Shown piece by piece: positions 24,501-34,549 of a stretch of 59,638 nucleotides of DNA (positions within the stretch are counted from its first letter, which is position 1; every line of letters starts with the position of its first letter). The translations under genes were made by a program, and so were the position numbers. The notes below the pieces were generated by a model. It was not told the origin of the DNA and ran no database searches. It was given only the letters and a program-made list of their open reading frames with translations. This stretch comes from Nemertoderma westbladi. Taxonomy: Eukaryota; Animalia; Xenacoelomorpha. The stretch spans positions 1 through 59,638 of the forward strand of contig JAUCBJ010004687.1 in NCBI GenBank assembly GCA_032718475.1. Reading direction: 5' to 3'.

Positions 24501-25927
24501 ATGGATACCACCCAACGAAGTGCCACTTGCTGGTTAAACCGGGGCTGCTGGACGAGGCGAAGCGGATATTCCCGGAGGATTGCTTTACATTCAGCACACG
24601 GGGAAACAAACTCCTTGGTGGTGTTATTGGGGACGATGAATTCCGGCTGGAGTTTATCCAAGCCAGAGTCGAGGAGTTCGTCCAACAGGTCCAGCGCCTC
24701 GAGGAGATTGCCCGCACAGACCCCCACTGCGCCTACGCCGGTCTGGCGTTCGGACTAGTTGGCCGATGGCGGTACATCGCCAGAGTGGTCCCTGGGGCGA
24801 TGGATCACTTCGACCCGCTGGAAGTTTCGGTTCGACATTTCCTCGAGACTCTGCCGGAACGCACCTCAATGGCTGATGTCGAACGCGAGGTACTTTCGCT
24901 CCCGGTTAGGTTCGGGGGCCTCGGTATCCCACTGCCTGACGACTTGCAGTCACAGTACGAGAACTCGAGGGAGATCTGCGACCCATTCAACGCCAGCGAC
25001 AACATGTCCGAGGTGCGGGAGGCGCAGAAACACATCGCCAGCCGGATAAAGTCTCGGTCCACCGCGACGTTGAAGGAGAAGGTGGAGGAAACCCGCGCCA
25101 AACTCAGCGACCCGCAGCGGAAGTTGAACAAGTTAGTGTCCGAGAAGGGAGCGTCGACGTGGATCAACTCGCGACCGATAACCCTCCACAGTACCCACCT
25201 CAATAAGGAGGAGTTCCGCGACGCTGTCTGTCTGCGGTATGGTTGGCAACCCCAGTCTCTTCCAGCTCGTTGTGCCTGTGGGACACGATTTTCAGTTCAA
25301 CATATTCTGTCGTGTCCTACAGGTGGATTCCCATCAATCCGTCACAACGAGATCAGGGATTTTGTGGCCGATACGCTGACTGAGGTTGCCCACAACGTCA
25401 ACGTGGAACCGCACCTTCAGCCAATTACGGGTGAGATATTCGACCGCCGATCCACTTCCATCGACCAGCAGGCACGTCTGGACGTATCAGCTTCTGGCTT
25501 CTGGGGTAACCGGTTCCAGAAGACCTTCATAGACGTGTCTGTGTTCAACCCCCTAGCGGTGACCAATGCCGCAATGTCGCTGGAGGGTGCGCACTTGTTC
25601 CACGAGACGAGGAAGCGGAACAAGTACGAGGAACGGGTTCGCGAGGTGGAGCTCGCAACCTTCACTCCTCTGATTTTCTCCACGTTCGGTGGGATGTCGC
25701 CTACTACCAGGCAGTTCTTCAAACACTTAAGTTTGAGGCTGGCCGAGAAACGCGACATCCGGTACGCTGAGTGCTGCAACTGGGTGAGGCGGCAGGTTAG
25801 CTTCGCGCTCCTACGGGCCAGCCTCATGTGCCTCCGTGGATCGCGTTCGGCGCGCAACCGGCCAGTACACCAGGTTGCCGACACTTCAATTACCCTCGCT
25901 AATGCGGACTTTGAGGTGTCAGTGTAG
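21533..25927 (+). CDS. CRE-type RT/REL polyprotein (1464 aa) with N-terminal Cys cluster and PTSPGVGxSx repeats
   Basis: CCKCRSGSCRGCKCACAGVPCSSC; GVRPIGIGE; QGDPVAM; WYADD; CACG..HILSC..IRHNEIRD; ARLDV..FIDVSV..HETRKRNKY. Confidence 0.92.
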   Translation: MAPSQRCCKCRSGSCRGCKCACAGVPCSSCKPLEQNSCANGPSSPDPDSLAMPPRYSGSAGYGVLDYLVSNSPRWKTRQATADLAHNGYVTLEVINSTLEELDDLMDQTLTPGEFDPDCTLTPQIGAGSPAPSSGPPVSVSYQSGPLVPGVGYSVPTSTDVDYPVPTRLGVGHSTPTSPGVGHSAPTSPGVGHSAPTSPGVGHSAPASPGVGHSAPTSPGVGHSAPTRTGVGHFAPTSPGVGYSVPTSPGVGQSIPISQVVGLSAPTSPGVGYSVPTSPGVGQSVPISPGVGHSVPTSPGVDYPVPTSLGVGHSVPTSPGVDYPVPTSPGVGYSVPTSPGVDYPAPTSPGVDYPVPTSPGVGHSAQTSPGVGYSGPTSPGVGYSVPTSPGVGQSVPISQVVGLSAPTSPGVGYSVPTSPGISQYVGQSAPTSPGVGYSVPTSPGDGPIPVPDDGVSVPSTQDVTTESGVVPQIPAVYGVVHRAPALPGIVPRAPTVSGGGTTLTGTPNATLAQSTAATTSVKWFANIVPVLELSNKINKVYDVIVHWRPNLFLLPPGAIGRQLVDEMSRLMNLFISGSLMEEIAITALMILPALLLQKPSRSSNAATHRKVLERRLTSWKLARFDELLVEARAIQAHLPKSTSRAFKQRNESAEKAFCKHMLTGNVAAAMRCLNELARSRVLSLDEMVTDKRGVTKSVREALLDKHPAASPADPSILLDRFPGAPEFHGVIFESIDAQLVLNCLLRIRGNAARPSGLDAQGWKHLATKFRNSSVDLCNSIANLAKKIAQSIVSPGSLSSLLAARLIALDKCPGVRPIGIGEMLRRVIGKATIHCISADLQAVCGTAQLCVGQKAGIEHAIHALNDAFAEDECEAILQIDANNAFNSLNRAAAVHNIQHICPALHTVVTNCYSTPTKLFIGGEFLLSEEGSTQGDPVAMPMYAAGVLPLVGEVDDVSDVVQKWYADDGNGAGTLLELRKMWDVVVCRGPLYGYHPTKCHLLVKPGLLDEAKRIFPEDCFTFSTRGNKLLGGVIGDDEFRLEFIQARVEEFVQQVQRLEEIARTDPHCAYAGLAFGLVGRWRYIARVVPGAMDHFDPLEVSVRHFLETLPERTSMADVEREVLSLPVRFGGLGIPLPDDLQSQYENSREICDPFNASDNMSEVREAQKHIASRIKSRSTATLKEKVEETRAKLSDPQRKLNKLVSEKGASTWINSRPITLHSTHLNKEEFRDAVCLRYGWQPQSLPARCACGTRFSVQHILSCPTGGFPSIRHNEIRDFVADTLTEVAHNVNVEPHLQPITGEIFDRRSTSIDQQARLDVSASGFWGNRFQKTFIDVSVFNPLAVTNAAMSLEGAHLFHETRKRNKYEERVREVELATFTPLIFSTFGGMSPTTRQFFKHLSLRLAEKRDIRYAECCNWVRRQVSFALLRASLMCLRGSRSARNRPVHQVADTSITLANADFEVSV
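21980..22865. repeat. Coding 30-bp tandem repeat (GGTGTCGGTCATTCTGCCCCTACCAGTCCG-like), ~29 units
   Basis: Read directly; gives 10-aa repeats. Confidence 0.92.
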
Positions 25928-26137
25928 GTTGAGGGGCCGGGGAGGTATCAGTGTAGTTGGTAGGTAGCGGGTTCAGACTGTTAAATACTTAAACTTTAAA
26001 CTTTTTAAATTTCCCGCTCCATCTTAATTGTTTGTTCAATGTAAATAGGTGATTGGTGTTGTTTTATGTGTGCATTTTTGAAAGTTTTTAATATTCTGTA
26101 ATTAAACAAGACTTGTAAGAGTGAGAAAAAAAAATTC

Positions 26138-26205
26138 ATCATAATTGTTACATTAAAAATTACATTGACTATAAACGTAGCGATAATAATAATAATACTA
26201 ATAAT
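26138..26205 (+). pseudogene. 3' remnant of the Polinton packaging ATPase
   Basis: cataattgttacattaaaaattaca.tgactataaacgtagcga matches the end of the intact ATPase at ~59125-59168. Confidence 0.85.
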
Positions 26206-26247
26206 TAATATTCATATTTTGTAAAAATTTTCAATAATGTTGCAACA

Positions 26248-26631
26248 ATGAATAGTCTTGTGCATAAATATAGTAACGAATTGGAATTTTTACGCAGCGC
26301 TATCCCTCAACCAAGAACTTATTATATTAACCATACTGCGAGTAATGAAATAATTCGCCTCATTGTAATTACCGCTTTAAATGTTCTAAAAGGTAATGTA
26401 CAATTGACCCCCCATTCATTTAGAAATATTCGTTGTTATAAAAAGGTATTAAAATCACTCAATAGGAAAACAAAAAATATATCAAGTTACAGAAAAATGT
26501 TAACCAATCAATCTGGTGGTATAGTTCCGTTTCTAATACCCCTACTCGGCATTGGCGCAAAACTCTCAGCGGGGGCTGGTGCCGCCACTGCTGGGGTGGC
26601 TATTGTGAAAATAATTAACCGTGGACGGTAA
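26248..26631 (+). CDS. Conserved Polinton small virion-type protein next to the ATPase
   Basis: ALNVLKGNV, basic helix, NQSGG followed by hydrophobic IVPFLIPLL; homologue at 59234. Confidence 0.75.
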   Translation: MNSLVHKYSNELEFLRSAIPQPRTYYINHTASNEIIRLIVITALNVLKGNVQLTPHSFRNIRCYKKVLKSLNRKTKNISSYRKMLTNQSGGIVPFLIPLLGIGAKLSAGAGAATAGVAIVKIINRGR

Positions 26632-26639
26632 TAATAATA

Positions 26640-27251
26640 ATGGTTAAAATGGGAGTAACATTTATAAAATTATATTTAGTATCGAGTAAACCGTTAGCTA
26701 CTGATTTAAAACCTCGAGATATACCCAGAGTAAATACAAAAAGAAAAAGAAAATCATCAACTTTAAAGAAAATAAAAAAAATTTCAGCTGTTTTTACGGT
26801 GATGCCATTTTACGTTTTGACGTTTTACGGTATTCCGAATTGGGATATATACAGTACGATAGTGGTAGATGAATTAAGCAATATAGAACAGCCGATATTA
26901 ATTTTAAATTATAGAGGATCAAATATTTCAGAAATTGGTATTTTACATTTTCCAGAGCCAACAAACATTACACGTAATAAAGACACTATCTTCATATTCT
27001 TCATATATACAGACATAATTGAAAGCTCTTTTGTTGGTGACGCTTTAGCACCACTCTTAAGAACCTGTCCTTTAACTCAATTAAACCGTAAATATTTTAA
27101 TCATGAATATGAAAGTATCTGTTATTATCCATTGTTGAATAAAAAACTAAAAATGATCTTAATTACTTTATGTGATGGTCAAGGTGAATTAATTAATTTC
27201 AACAGTGGTTGCACTGTTATAACACTTAAGATAATACGTGGCGATGGATAA
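26640..27251 (+). CDS. ORF with minor-capsid (penton-like) C-terminal half; N-terminus may be a fused remnant
   Basis: FIYTDIIESSFVGDALAPLLR, YYPL, ILITLCDGQGELINF...VITLKI, typical of Polinton minor capsids. Confidence 0.7.
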   Translation: MVKMGVTFIKLYLVSSKPLATDLKPRDIPRVNTKRKRKSSTLKKIKKISAVFTVMPFYVLTFYGIPNWDIYSTIVVDELSNIEQPILILNYRGSNISEIGILHFPEPTNITRNKDTIFIFFIYTDIIESSFVGDALAPLLRTCPLTQLNRKYFNHEYESICYYPLLNKKLKMILITLCDGQGELINFNSGCTVITLKIIRGDG

Positions 27252-28065
27252 AATTCTATGTTAGACTACCGAGTAATTCATGTCCAACTGATTTTCCGCG
27301 TAATACTAATAGTAATTATCAGATCAATTTACATGGAGCCATATAAATCCAAACAAAAACTGGGTGGTTGGTATAAAAAGTATATTTTATCTAGCCACAT
27401 TACCATCCATGTATAACAATGTAGAGAATGTTATTTTATTAAAAAAGGGGAAAAAAAACTTTGAGGATACACTACCATCCGGTTTATTCTACAGTATTAA
27501 TGACATTATAGATTATTTTAACACAGGTGCATTGAAAGATAAATTACAAATAGTTGAAAATACTCAGCAAATTAGATTGCAATTTATTTTAGGGAAAACT
27601 GTACATGAATTATTTATAGGACAACAATTAGCCTATTATTTTGGAATTACTGAAAATAATCTCAGAGCGGATTTAAATCCAAATTTTAAAATTATTTTGA
27701 AGACGAAAAATAATATAAAGGGTTATTTAATAAAGAGTATCAAAAATGAAGAAAAAGCTTACCAAATGGTATTTTTATGTCCTCAACCACCCAATTCTAT
27801 TCCAGAACCTAAGACTACTGATATAATTGAAAATGAATATATTAATGATTTTGGTTTAGCTTTACTTTGTCGTGTAGCGATACCTGATGTGAAATATGGC
27901 AGGGTAATAAATAAAGAATTTGCTAAGGATACTATTCATTATATCCCAGTAAAAAAATCATATAAGATTACTTATATTCATATTGAAATGACAGACAAAG
28001 AAGGAAAAAAGATTTTAATTTTGAATGCGGCTCAACTTCTATTACTTTACACATTAGGAAAATAA
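27244..28065 (+). pseudogene. Second minor-capsid (penton-like) gene, frameshifted
   Basis: FYVRLPSNS..FPRNTNSNYQINL..WVVGI at the 5' end; IHYIPV..IHIEMTDKEG at the 3' end. Confidence 0.7.
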
Positions 28066-28093
28066 ATTAGTATTTATTATTATTATTATTTAA

Positions 28094-28357
28094 ATGGATT
28101 CCGATTTATTTCAAAGATACAGTAAACCGCAATATGGAGGTGCAGACTCTAATCTTGCTGTTTTTAAAGGTGGTAGAACAACGAGAGGGTCAACGCAAGT
28201 TCCTGTTTTTCGAGGGGGCTCATATATAGACCCTTACGGACAACAAATTGGTACATTTGGTCCAAACTCAAAACAACAACGATTTCAGCATTATCGGAGA
28301 GGTATGCAGACAAATCACCGTAATCGACAAATTGACAAATCGGGTAGACAAATGTAA
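28094..28357 (+). CDS. Small G/R/Q-rich Polinton core-like protein
   Basis: Y..PQYGG...VFKGG...PVFRGG; position after the minor capsids. Confidence 0.55.
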   Translation: MDSDLFQRYSKPQYGGADSNLAVFKGGRTTRGSTQVPVFRGGSYIDPYGQQIGTFGPNSKQQRFQHYRRGMQTNHRNRQIDKSGRQM

Positions 28358-28394
28358 TTATACTAATATGTAACTTTAAAACAAATGCAGAGGG

Positions 28395-28874
28395 AATAGT
28401 TTTTGAGATATTGCAGAGAATGTGAAGTCCGGCACAAGTCTACATTATGGCCTTGAAGCGATATGGGCAAATATACTAACAATGATGCTTTGAATTATCT
28501 TAAGGCATCAAAAATATACACATCACTGCAATAAATTGGTTTAGTGTATACAGACACCTTCAAAATGAAGGAGTAGTGATTAGTTCGCTATATTTTTTGT
28601 GCGAAATGTGTGGAATGGGTCAACTCAATCTTAATATCAATAAATTGGTGGACATAGTATTGACATTTTGTAAAATAGCTCAAGAACTAACGACTCTACT
28701 CTTATTTTGAAGGTGTCTACACCCACTACATTGATCATTTTCTGTGATGTGTCTATTCTTGATTCCTTGCGATAATTCAAAATAAATTTTTTTGAAGATT
28801 TGTCCATATCGCATCGAGGTGGTAATGTAGACTTGTGCCGGACTTCACATTTTCTGCGATATCTCAAGAACTAT
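28395..28874. mobile_element. Long imperfect palindrome (foldback/MITE-like)
   Basis: gagatattgcagagaatgtgaagtccggcacaagtctacatta (~28406-28447) is inverted at ~28823-28865; further inner paired blocks. Confidence 0.75.
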
Positions 28875-28956
28875 TTGCTCTATGCTTGTTTTGATGGCGT
28901 CTACCTCTACTATCATTGCGGTTCTAATGAGCATAATATTAAAGTAGTAGGAGAAC

Positions 28957-29530
28957 TACTATTACTTAGGATCGGCATGCTGCATTGCAGCTGCATTTTT
29001 AAGAATGCTGTGCCGGCTTATCAACAAAATTGCACTGCCACAACTCCCTATCACCCATGATATTTGCTAGATCATCTGCATCTTCAAGGCCAGTGTCCTT
29101 TAAGATGCATCTCAAAAAAGTCATGGGCTGTCCACCATGCTTATTCACTCCATGAGGGTGCCAAAGTACAAGATTATGCACTGGCTGGTCCTCACAGCGA
29201 AAACAATGTCTTGCAAAGCAGAGACGATTTTGTTCTAGTGTCAAGCTTGGGGGAACCAATGAGACACCTCCAATGTTATATAGTGTCTGGTTGGAGATGT
29301 GTGCATTGTACTTGACACAATGAACCCGGCGTAGCATTCTTGTGAATGTGCCATGCAGAGATTTGGTGTCCTCAGCAGTTAGAGCCCAGCATGGACTCGC
29401 ATAGAGGAGTACTGGAACTACTGCTGCTCTAAATAATCGGACCTTAAGTTTCCGATTAATTCTTGGTGACTTCCAAATTCTAGAAAGCCTATTCAAGGCT
29501 GCCCATGCCTTTCCCTTACGTATTCGAAGG
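28957..29530 (-). mobile_element. RTE family 1 3' fragment (copy D), abutting the BEL LTR
   Basis: ORF 28999-29592 KAWAALNRLSRIW...RLCFARHC matches the other RTE1 copies. Confidence 0.9.
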
Positions 29531-30482
29531 TCCTTGGCTAGGGGTCTGTCAAGTCGGTGGACCCGTTTGCGTGTCTGTCCCACCCTTCCCAAACCCCGAA
29601 GGGATCGGTCATCAGGAAAGCGGTACGGCTTGGCTAGGGGCCTGTCGGTTCATCACAGGGACCCAACCACCTAAGCTTTCCGAGTCCTTATTCAGGCTCG
29701 TAGTCGCTTCGGTAGCCGAGAAGCTACTCCGAACAGTCGGTAGGCCAGTGGTGTCCAGTCCTTTGTCTTTCGACCCCATTGCGTGTCCACCCCACCCTTC
29801 CCGAACCCCGAAGGGATCAGTCATCAGGAAAGCGGTACGGCTTGGCAAGGGGTCTGTCAGCCTGTCGTGAGCCCCAACAGTTGGTTGGTAGTTTTCCGAG
29901 TCCTTATTCAAACTCGTACTAACGCCGGTCGTGGAACCCACTCCAGGAAGGCAGTCCTCGTCGAACCCTTCCTCCGTTAGTTGGTCGACCTGTCGGAAGT
30001 CCCTGGCGTATGTCGGCAAGCTTTCCGAGTCCTTATTCGGGCTCGTAATAACTGCCGGCGACCAGGGACCACTAAAGGTCTGTCTGTCGGTTCCCGCCGC
30101 AAATCCCTGACACAAGCAGCAGACTTTCCGATGCCTTATTCAGGCTCGTAATAACTACTGTTGGCCAGGGACCGCTAAGGGCAGTCCTTGTCCTTTAGGC
30201 CTAGTGAGTTACCAAATCCACCTCTACAGGCAGCAGGAAGTTGGCTAGGCCTACTAGTAATCAGGTAAACCGGAATACTGCTTAACTTTGCCTCCTTAAA
30301 TATCTGACATGAGTCCCGTACCCCGTAAGTCGCCCCAATATTCGCCCATAAATCGCCCCCAGTCCATTGAATGTGCCCAAATCCCATGTTCCCGCACCCA
30401 GTAGTGATATCGGAATATTCATAGAAAATAAATCCAAAAAAATATTTAACTCGCGTTAAGAAAAGTTGAAATACCGCAAACA
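29531..30482 (-). repeat. BEL 3' LTR (begins TGTTTGCGG after the PPT GGGGGGGAC at 30483-30491)
   Basis: High identity to 45622-46362; purine tract directly before TG on the minus strand. Confidence 0.85.
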
Positions 30483-30661
30483 GTCCCCCCCAATGACCTT
30501 TGTGAGGTCTATCGGTAGATCGAGTTTGCGTAGGTCATTTCCCATATAAAAAACCCAAATTTTAATATTGCATAGTCTTGATTAATTTTTCCTAGAGTTA
30601 GTTTATGTAAATATATAAAAATAAATGTTCGATATAAATGTCTCTGGAATATCCTGGTCCT

Positions 30662-33223
30662 CTATTTCTTACTCTGATACGCCTTTCTCCTCTTCGCCCG
30701 TCGACTCTCGTCGATCGCCAGTGCTGGTAGGGGAGCATCAACTTCCATAGTGAGCATCACTTCCGCTTGTCTCCTGGCGGCTCTTCCCTTCGATGGTAGC
30801 GGGATCATATCCGTCCGTCTTTCTAACTCGGTGGAGCGTGCCTCTAGGAACCACTTTCCACCACCAAACTCTTCCTTATATGAATATAAATGCCTGAGGA
30901 TCTCGAATGGGCCGAATAATCCAGCGCTTAATAATAGGTCCACGTAATTGAATGGTAGCGTCGCTGTCGTATGGAGGCGTTCCGGGAACGAAAAGTACCC
31001 GCACGCCATCTCCTACGCGATATTTCGAGCGCTTCTCCGCGCTTTGGTCTTTACGTGGTTATTGGCGTAGGTTTCGAACATAACCATATTTCCCATAGCG
31101 GTTACATCCTTTGTAGGACACTTTATATTGCAGCATTGGAAACCGCATGTTGTGCAGAGGTTATAGAGGGTTGGACAAACTGAAACATCGTGTCCCGATG
31201 TCGCGCAGTAGGGACAATAAAGTATCCCGAGGAGCTGGAGGCATGAATTGGTTACCCGATTTCTCTTACCGTGTGGGCACTGCTCCGAACCGCAGTTTCC
31301 GCACACCTCCAGTTGCATCTCCCGATTGAAGAATATCGGAATCGGGACGCCGGCGTAATACTCAAGTCATCGGTCGCTTTTAGGAATATTCGCCGTGGCT
31401 GGTAGCCCGCGAAAAGCTGGGCTTTGGCGTAGTATGTTCTCGTTTCGATAACTTTCTTTATACCCTGCCAGTCGCACCCCGGGCGCCCATTTCTGGCGGC
31501 GGATCCATTCGGTCTGCTCGGCGTACCATCGGGTAAGTCGCATAGGGTCCTGTGGAACGGAAGGGGTTGTTGCCACAGCTGGTCGGCGAAGAGGTGCTGG
31601 GGCGTTCGACGGAGGAATTCCGAGGAGATCTACGGGAGTCGGAGCAGCGCTGGGACCCTTTTCAACCTGTATCGCTGAGCGGGTCCGTTGGGTGCTGGTA
31701 CTCGGGATCTTCTCCCCCCGGGAACGGATATGGAGATAACCTCTGACATATGTCGCCGAAGTCATTCAATGCGAAGGTAGTGACTAACTCCCTCGCAGGG
31801 CTACCGGAGCCAAGTGGGGTGGATACGCCTGCTTCCGTCGCAGGTTTGGCCGAGGCGACCCGTTTGGCGGCTGGTTCGTACGCGACTTCCGGATCGAGTT
31901 GTCGCTTTGGGGTGGACAGCAGGACGCCTTCCTGTAACCATAATTCCTCCCCATCCTAAGAAATCAGTGGTTCCTCCGCACCGAGGAGATCAGCAATCGT
32001 AGTGATGTCAAACGGCCCATTCTCGTCCCAGGATGTGATGACGTTGAGTGTTTTCATCTCTCCCGGTGAGATATTCTCTACCGCTTTGAACGCGTGGTCG
32101 ATAACTTCATTCCACTCATAATCGGTAAAGGATCTAGGAACCGCCTTAATGAGACTATCGAGAGATTTACGATAGATTTACTATTGAGTAGTACCGTCGC
32201 TCCGGATTCTCCCAATTGTGGTGGATCGTCCACTTTCTTTCAACGTCCTTCCAGTGACTCTCTCGCTCACTCTTTATTTCTAATTCCGGGTACCCACCAT
32301 ATATCTTATTATAATCCTGGAATTTCTGGGGTTTAAAGTCTATACCGCCTTTTAGCGCTGCGAGGTAGACAATACCGGATTTCGTCCGTCTCACCTCTCG
32401 GAATCCACGCATCAATTTGGCGGATCGTAACCAGGCTAATAGTGTTTGGGTGTCGACGCAATGACTAATGGCGTTGAGATCTTCTTGACAGTTTCTTCCG
32501 AAAGGAGCGTTAGCGTAGTCGTTTCGGACGTCCGCCTTTATATCTGACCCGATTTTAATGATGTTGAAGTCAAATAGGATCTGTTGGATCTCAGGTGGTA
32601 ATAGCCAGATTGCTTCGGCTGTCCGCACCTCCTGTTTGGGTGTCGGAAATATGGGTGTCGGTAATACACCAAACCGTCTAGGGTTCCGAGGACGACGACC
32701 AAGGATGGACCGTATTCCTTCGTCCCATATTTCTCCTGGTAGTCGTCACGATTCTGGATAACTGATATACGTTCTTCTCGCAGCGTCGTCGTACACTCCA
32801 CTAGGTTTCTCCAGTGGGTGAGGTATGTACTCTTGTCATCGACGAAACTTTGGCATTGCGCCAACGTAATCGCTTTCGAGGTGGGCATCGCATTTCCCTC
32901 GTTGTCATATATCAAACATTGGGATTTGTAGATGCTTTGCCGGAACATTTCCCAGAACGACAACTCCTCTCCTCCGGTTGCCTTTGCGTTCCGAGTTATT
33001 TTCAGTCTCGTACTAGCATCGGACAACCGGAGCTCTCGTAGATTACGGGAATCCGTCCCTCTCGTCCAGAGAATTTAATGACTCGCACAATCTCATTTAT
33101 CAGGGCGTTCCAATTTGTATCAAAGTTAGGGGATCCAGGTTGTTGATATTCCAGTAAATCTATTGTATTACGTAGTTCACCGATAATTTGGCAATTTGGG
33201 TCCATATTTTCAATTATGTCCAT
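30662..33223 (-). pseudogene. BEL extra ORF3: DEDDy/RNase D-WRN-like 3'-5' exonuclease domain plus Cys/His zinc-knuckle region (frameshifted)
   Basis: LIYDNEG (Exo I DxE), LPPEIQQILFDFNIIKIGSDIKAD (Exo II), CVDTQ, SGIVYLA; later CGNCG..CPH, CPYCATSGHDVSVCPTLYNLCTTCG. Confidence 0.65.
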
Positions 33224-33834
33224 TGCAAATTTACATCAGTTAATTATAAATCCAGAAAGTCTGATTCTATAGTGACTGCAGAATAATTCAGTTTATTTGT
33301 AATTCAGTTTATTAATTCTTATTGCTATATAGGCATCTACAATCTTATTGCTACTACATTCAGTATTTACAGTTGCACTATTATAGCTATACATTAATAT
33401 CCAACCAGTTTTGACTTTTTATGTCCTCTTCTTTTTCCAATTCTTTTCCTTTCTACATTTTATACAATTTTTTTTCTTTTTTCATTTCTCATTTATTATT
33501 TATTTCACATTTCATTATTTCTTTCCACATTTCATCATTTATTTCCTTTATTTTCATTTATTACACCATTTATTTCACATTTATTTCCACATTTCATCAT
33601 TTATTACACATTTCATTTATTTCACATTTATTACACATTTCATTTATTTCCATTTCATCATTGGGGTTATAGCCCCCTGGCTATCTTCATTTGTTATAAG
33701 CTCAGCACCAGGGTGTGAATCATTACATTTTCATCATCATATGCATCATCATTCAGTTTGTAGTAGGGTCATCTGTTTCTTTTCATCATTTCCAACTACA
33801 TTCAATCATCTTCTTTGGGAAATTTTCGTTGTGG

Positions 33835-34260
33835 AAGGGGTGTTACGCGGCAATCTGGGATCTACAGCTGGGCTAGTTGCACTGCCTACGCCCCAAACTG
33901 CACACGTAACGGACAATGAAGACGCTGGAAGTGAAGTCACATGGAATGCACCAGGGAACCACCAGAATAACACTCCCAGCAACATAAAGCTCAGCCGACG
34001 AAGTCATGTGGGATGGGGTTACGCAACATTCTGGGATCTACAGCTGGACTAGTTACACCGCCTACGCCCCAAAATCCACACAACGGTCCCACCAGAATAA
34101 TGCGACTGAGAAACATACAACCTCTATCGACGAAGTCATGTGGATGCACCATGGACCCACCAGAATAACGTGATAGAGGGGATGTTGCGTGGCAATCCGG
34201 GATCTACAGCTGGACTAGTTACACCGCCTACACCCCGAACTGCGCACGCAACGGACAACA
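33835..34260. repeat. Three dispersed direct repeats (GGGATCTACAGCTGGRCTAGTTRCACYGCCTAC core) between IN and ORF3
   Basis: Cores at ~33857, ~34033 and ~34199. Confidence 0.8.
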
Positions 34261-34549
34261 CAATACAACACAATGGATACAATGAATTCCACTTCAAATC
34301 TTTACCATTTCCAATAATCCAATGTCGTTGGTCCCGATGACCAAAATCAGGGTGAACAATACATAAACTACCCTGCTTCAGTCTAAACATCTGCAGGGTG
34401 ACGCTGGACTCCATATAACACACGCGGAAACACAAATACCATTGCGTGGTTACAGTTGGTTTAAGGGGGGTCCATTATTCATTGTCAGTAAATCACATTT
34501 AAAAGAGTTTGTCAACAGGATGAGAAGGGTTTAAACGGGTTTAGAATTG

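Larger units (their letters stand above)
21420..26134 (+). mobile_element. CRE-clade non-LTR retrotransposon 2, apparently full length, A-tail at 26126-26134
   Basis: Intact 1464-aa ORF, 3'UTR and short poly(A), then AT-rich Polinton DNA resumes. Confidence 0.9.

Noticed and set aside
29505-30115. ORFs in the BEL LTRs (also 45366-46064)
   Set aside because: Arise from GC-rich LTR repeats and are not consistently preserved between the two LTRs
30662-33223. Envelope glycoprotein call for BEL ORF3
   Set aside because: No signal peptide, TM anchor or fusion-protein cysteine pattern; exonuclease-like and zinc-knuckle motifs instead
33411-34052. 213-aa F/H/I-rich ORF as a membrane or env protein
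   Set aside because: Translation of a low-complexity T-rich tract, antisense to the BEL genes
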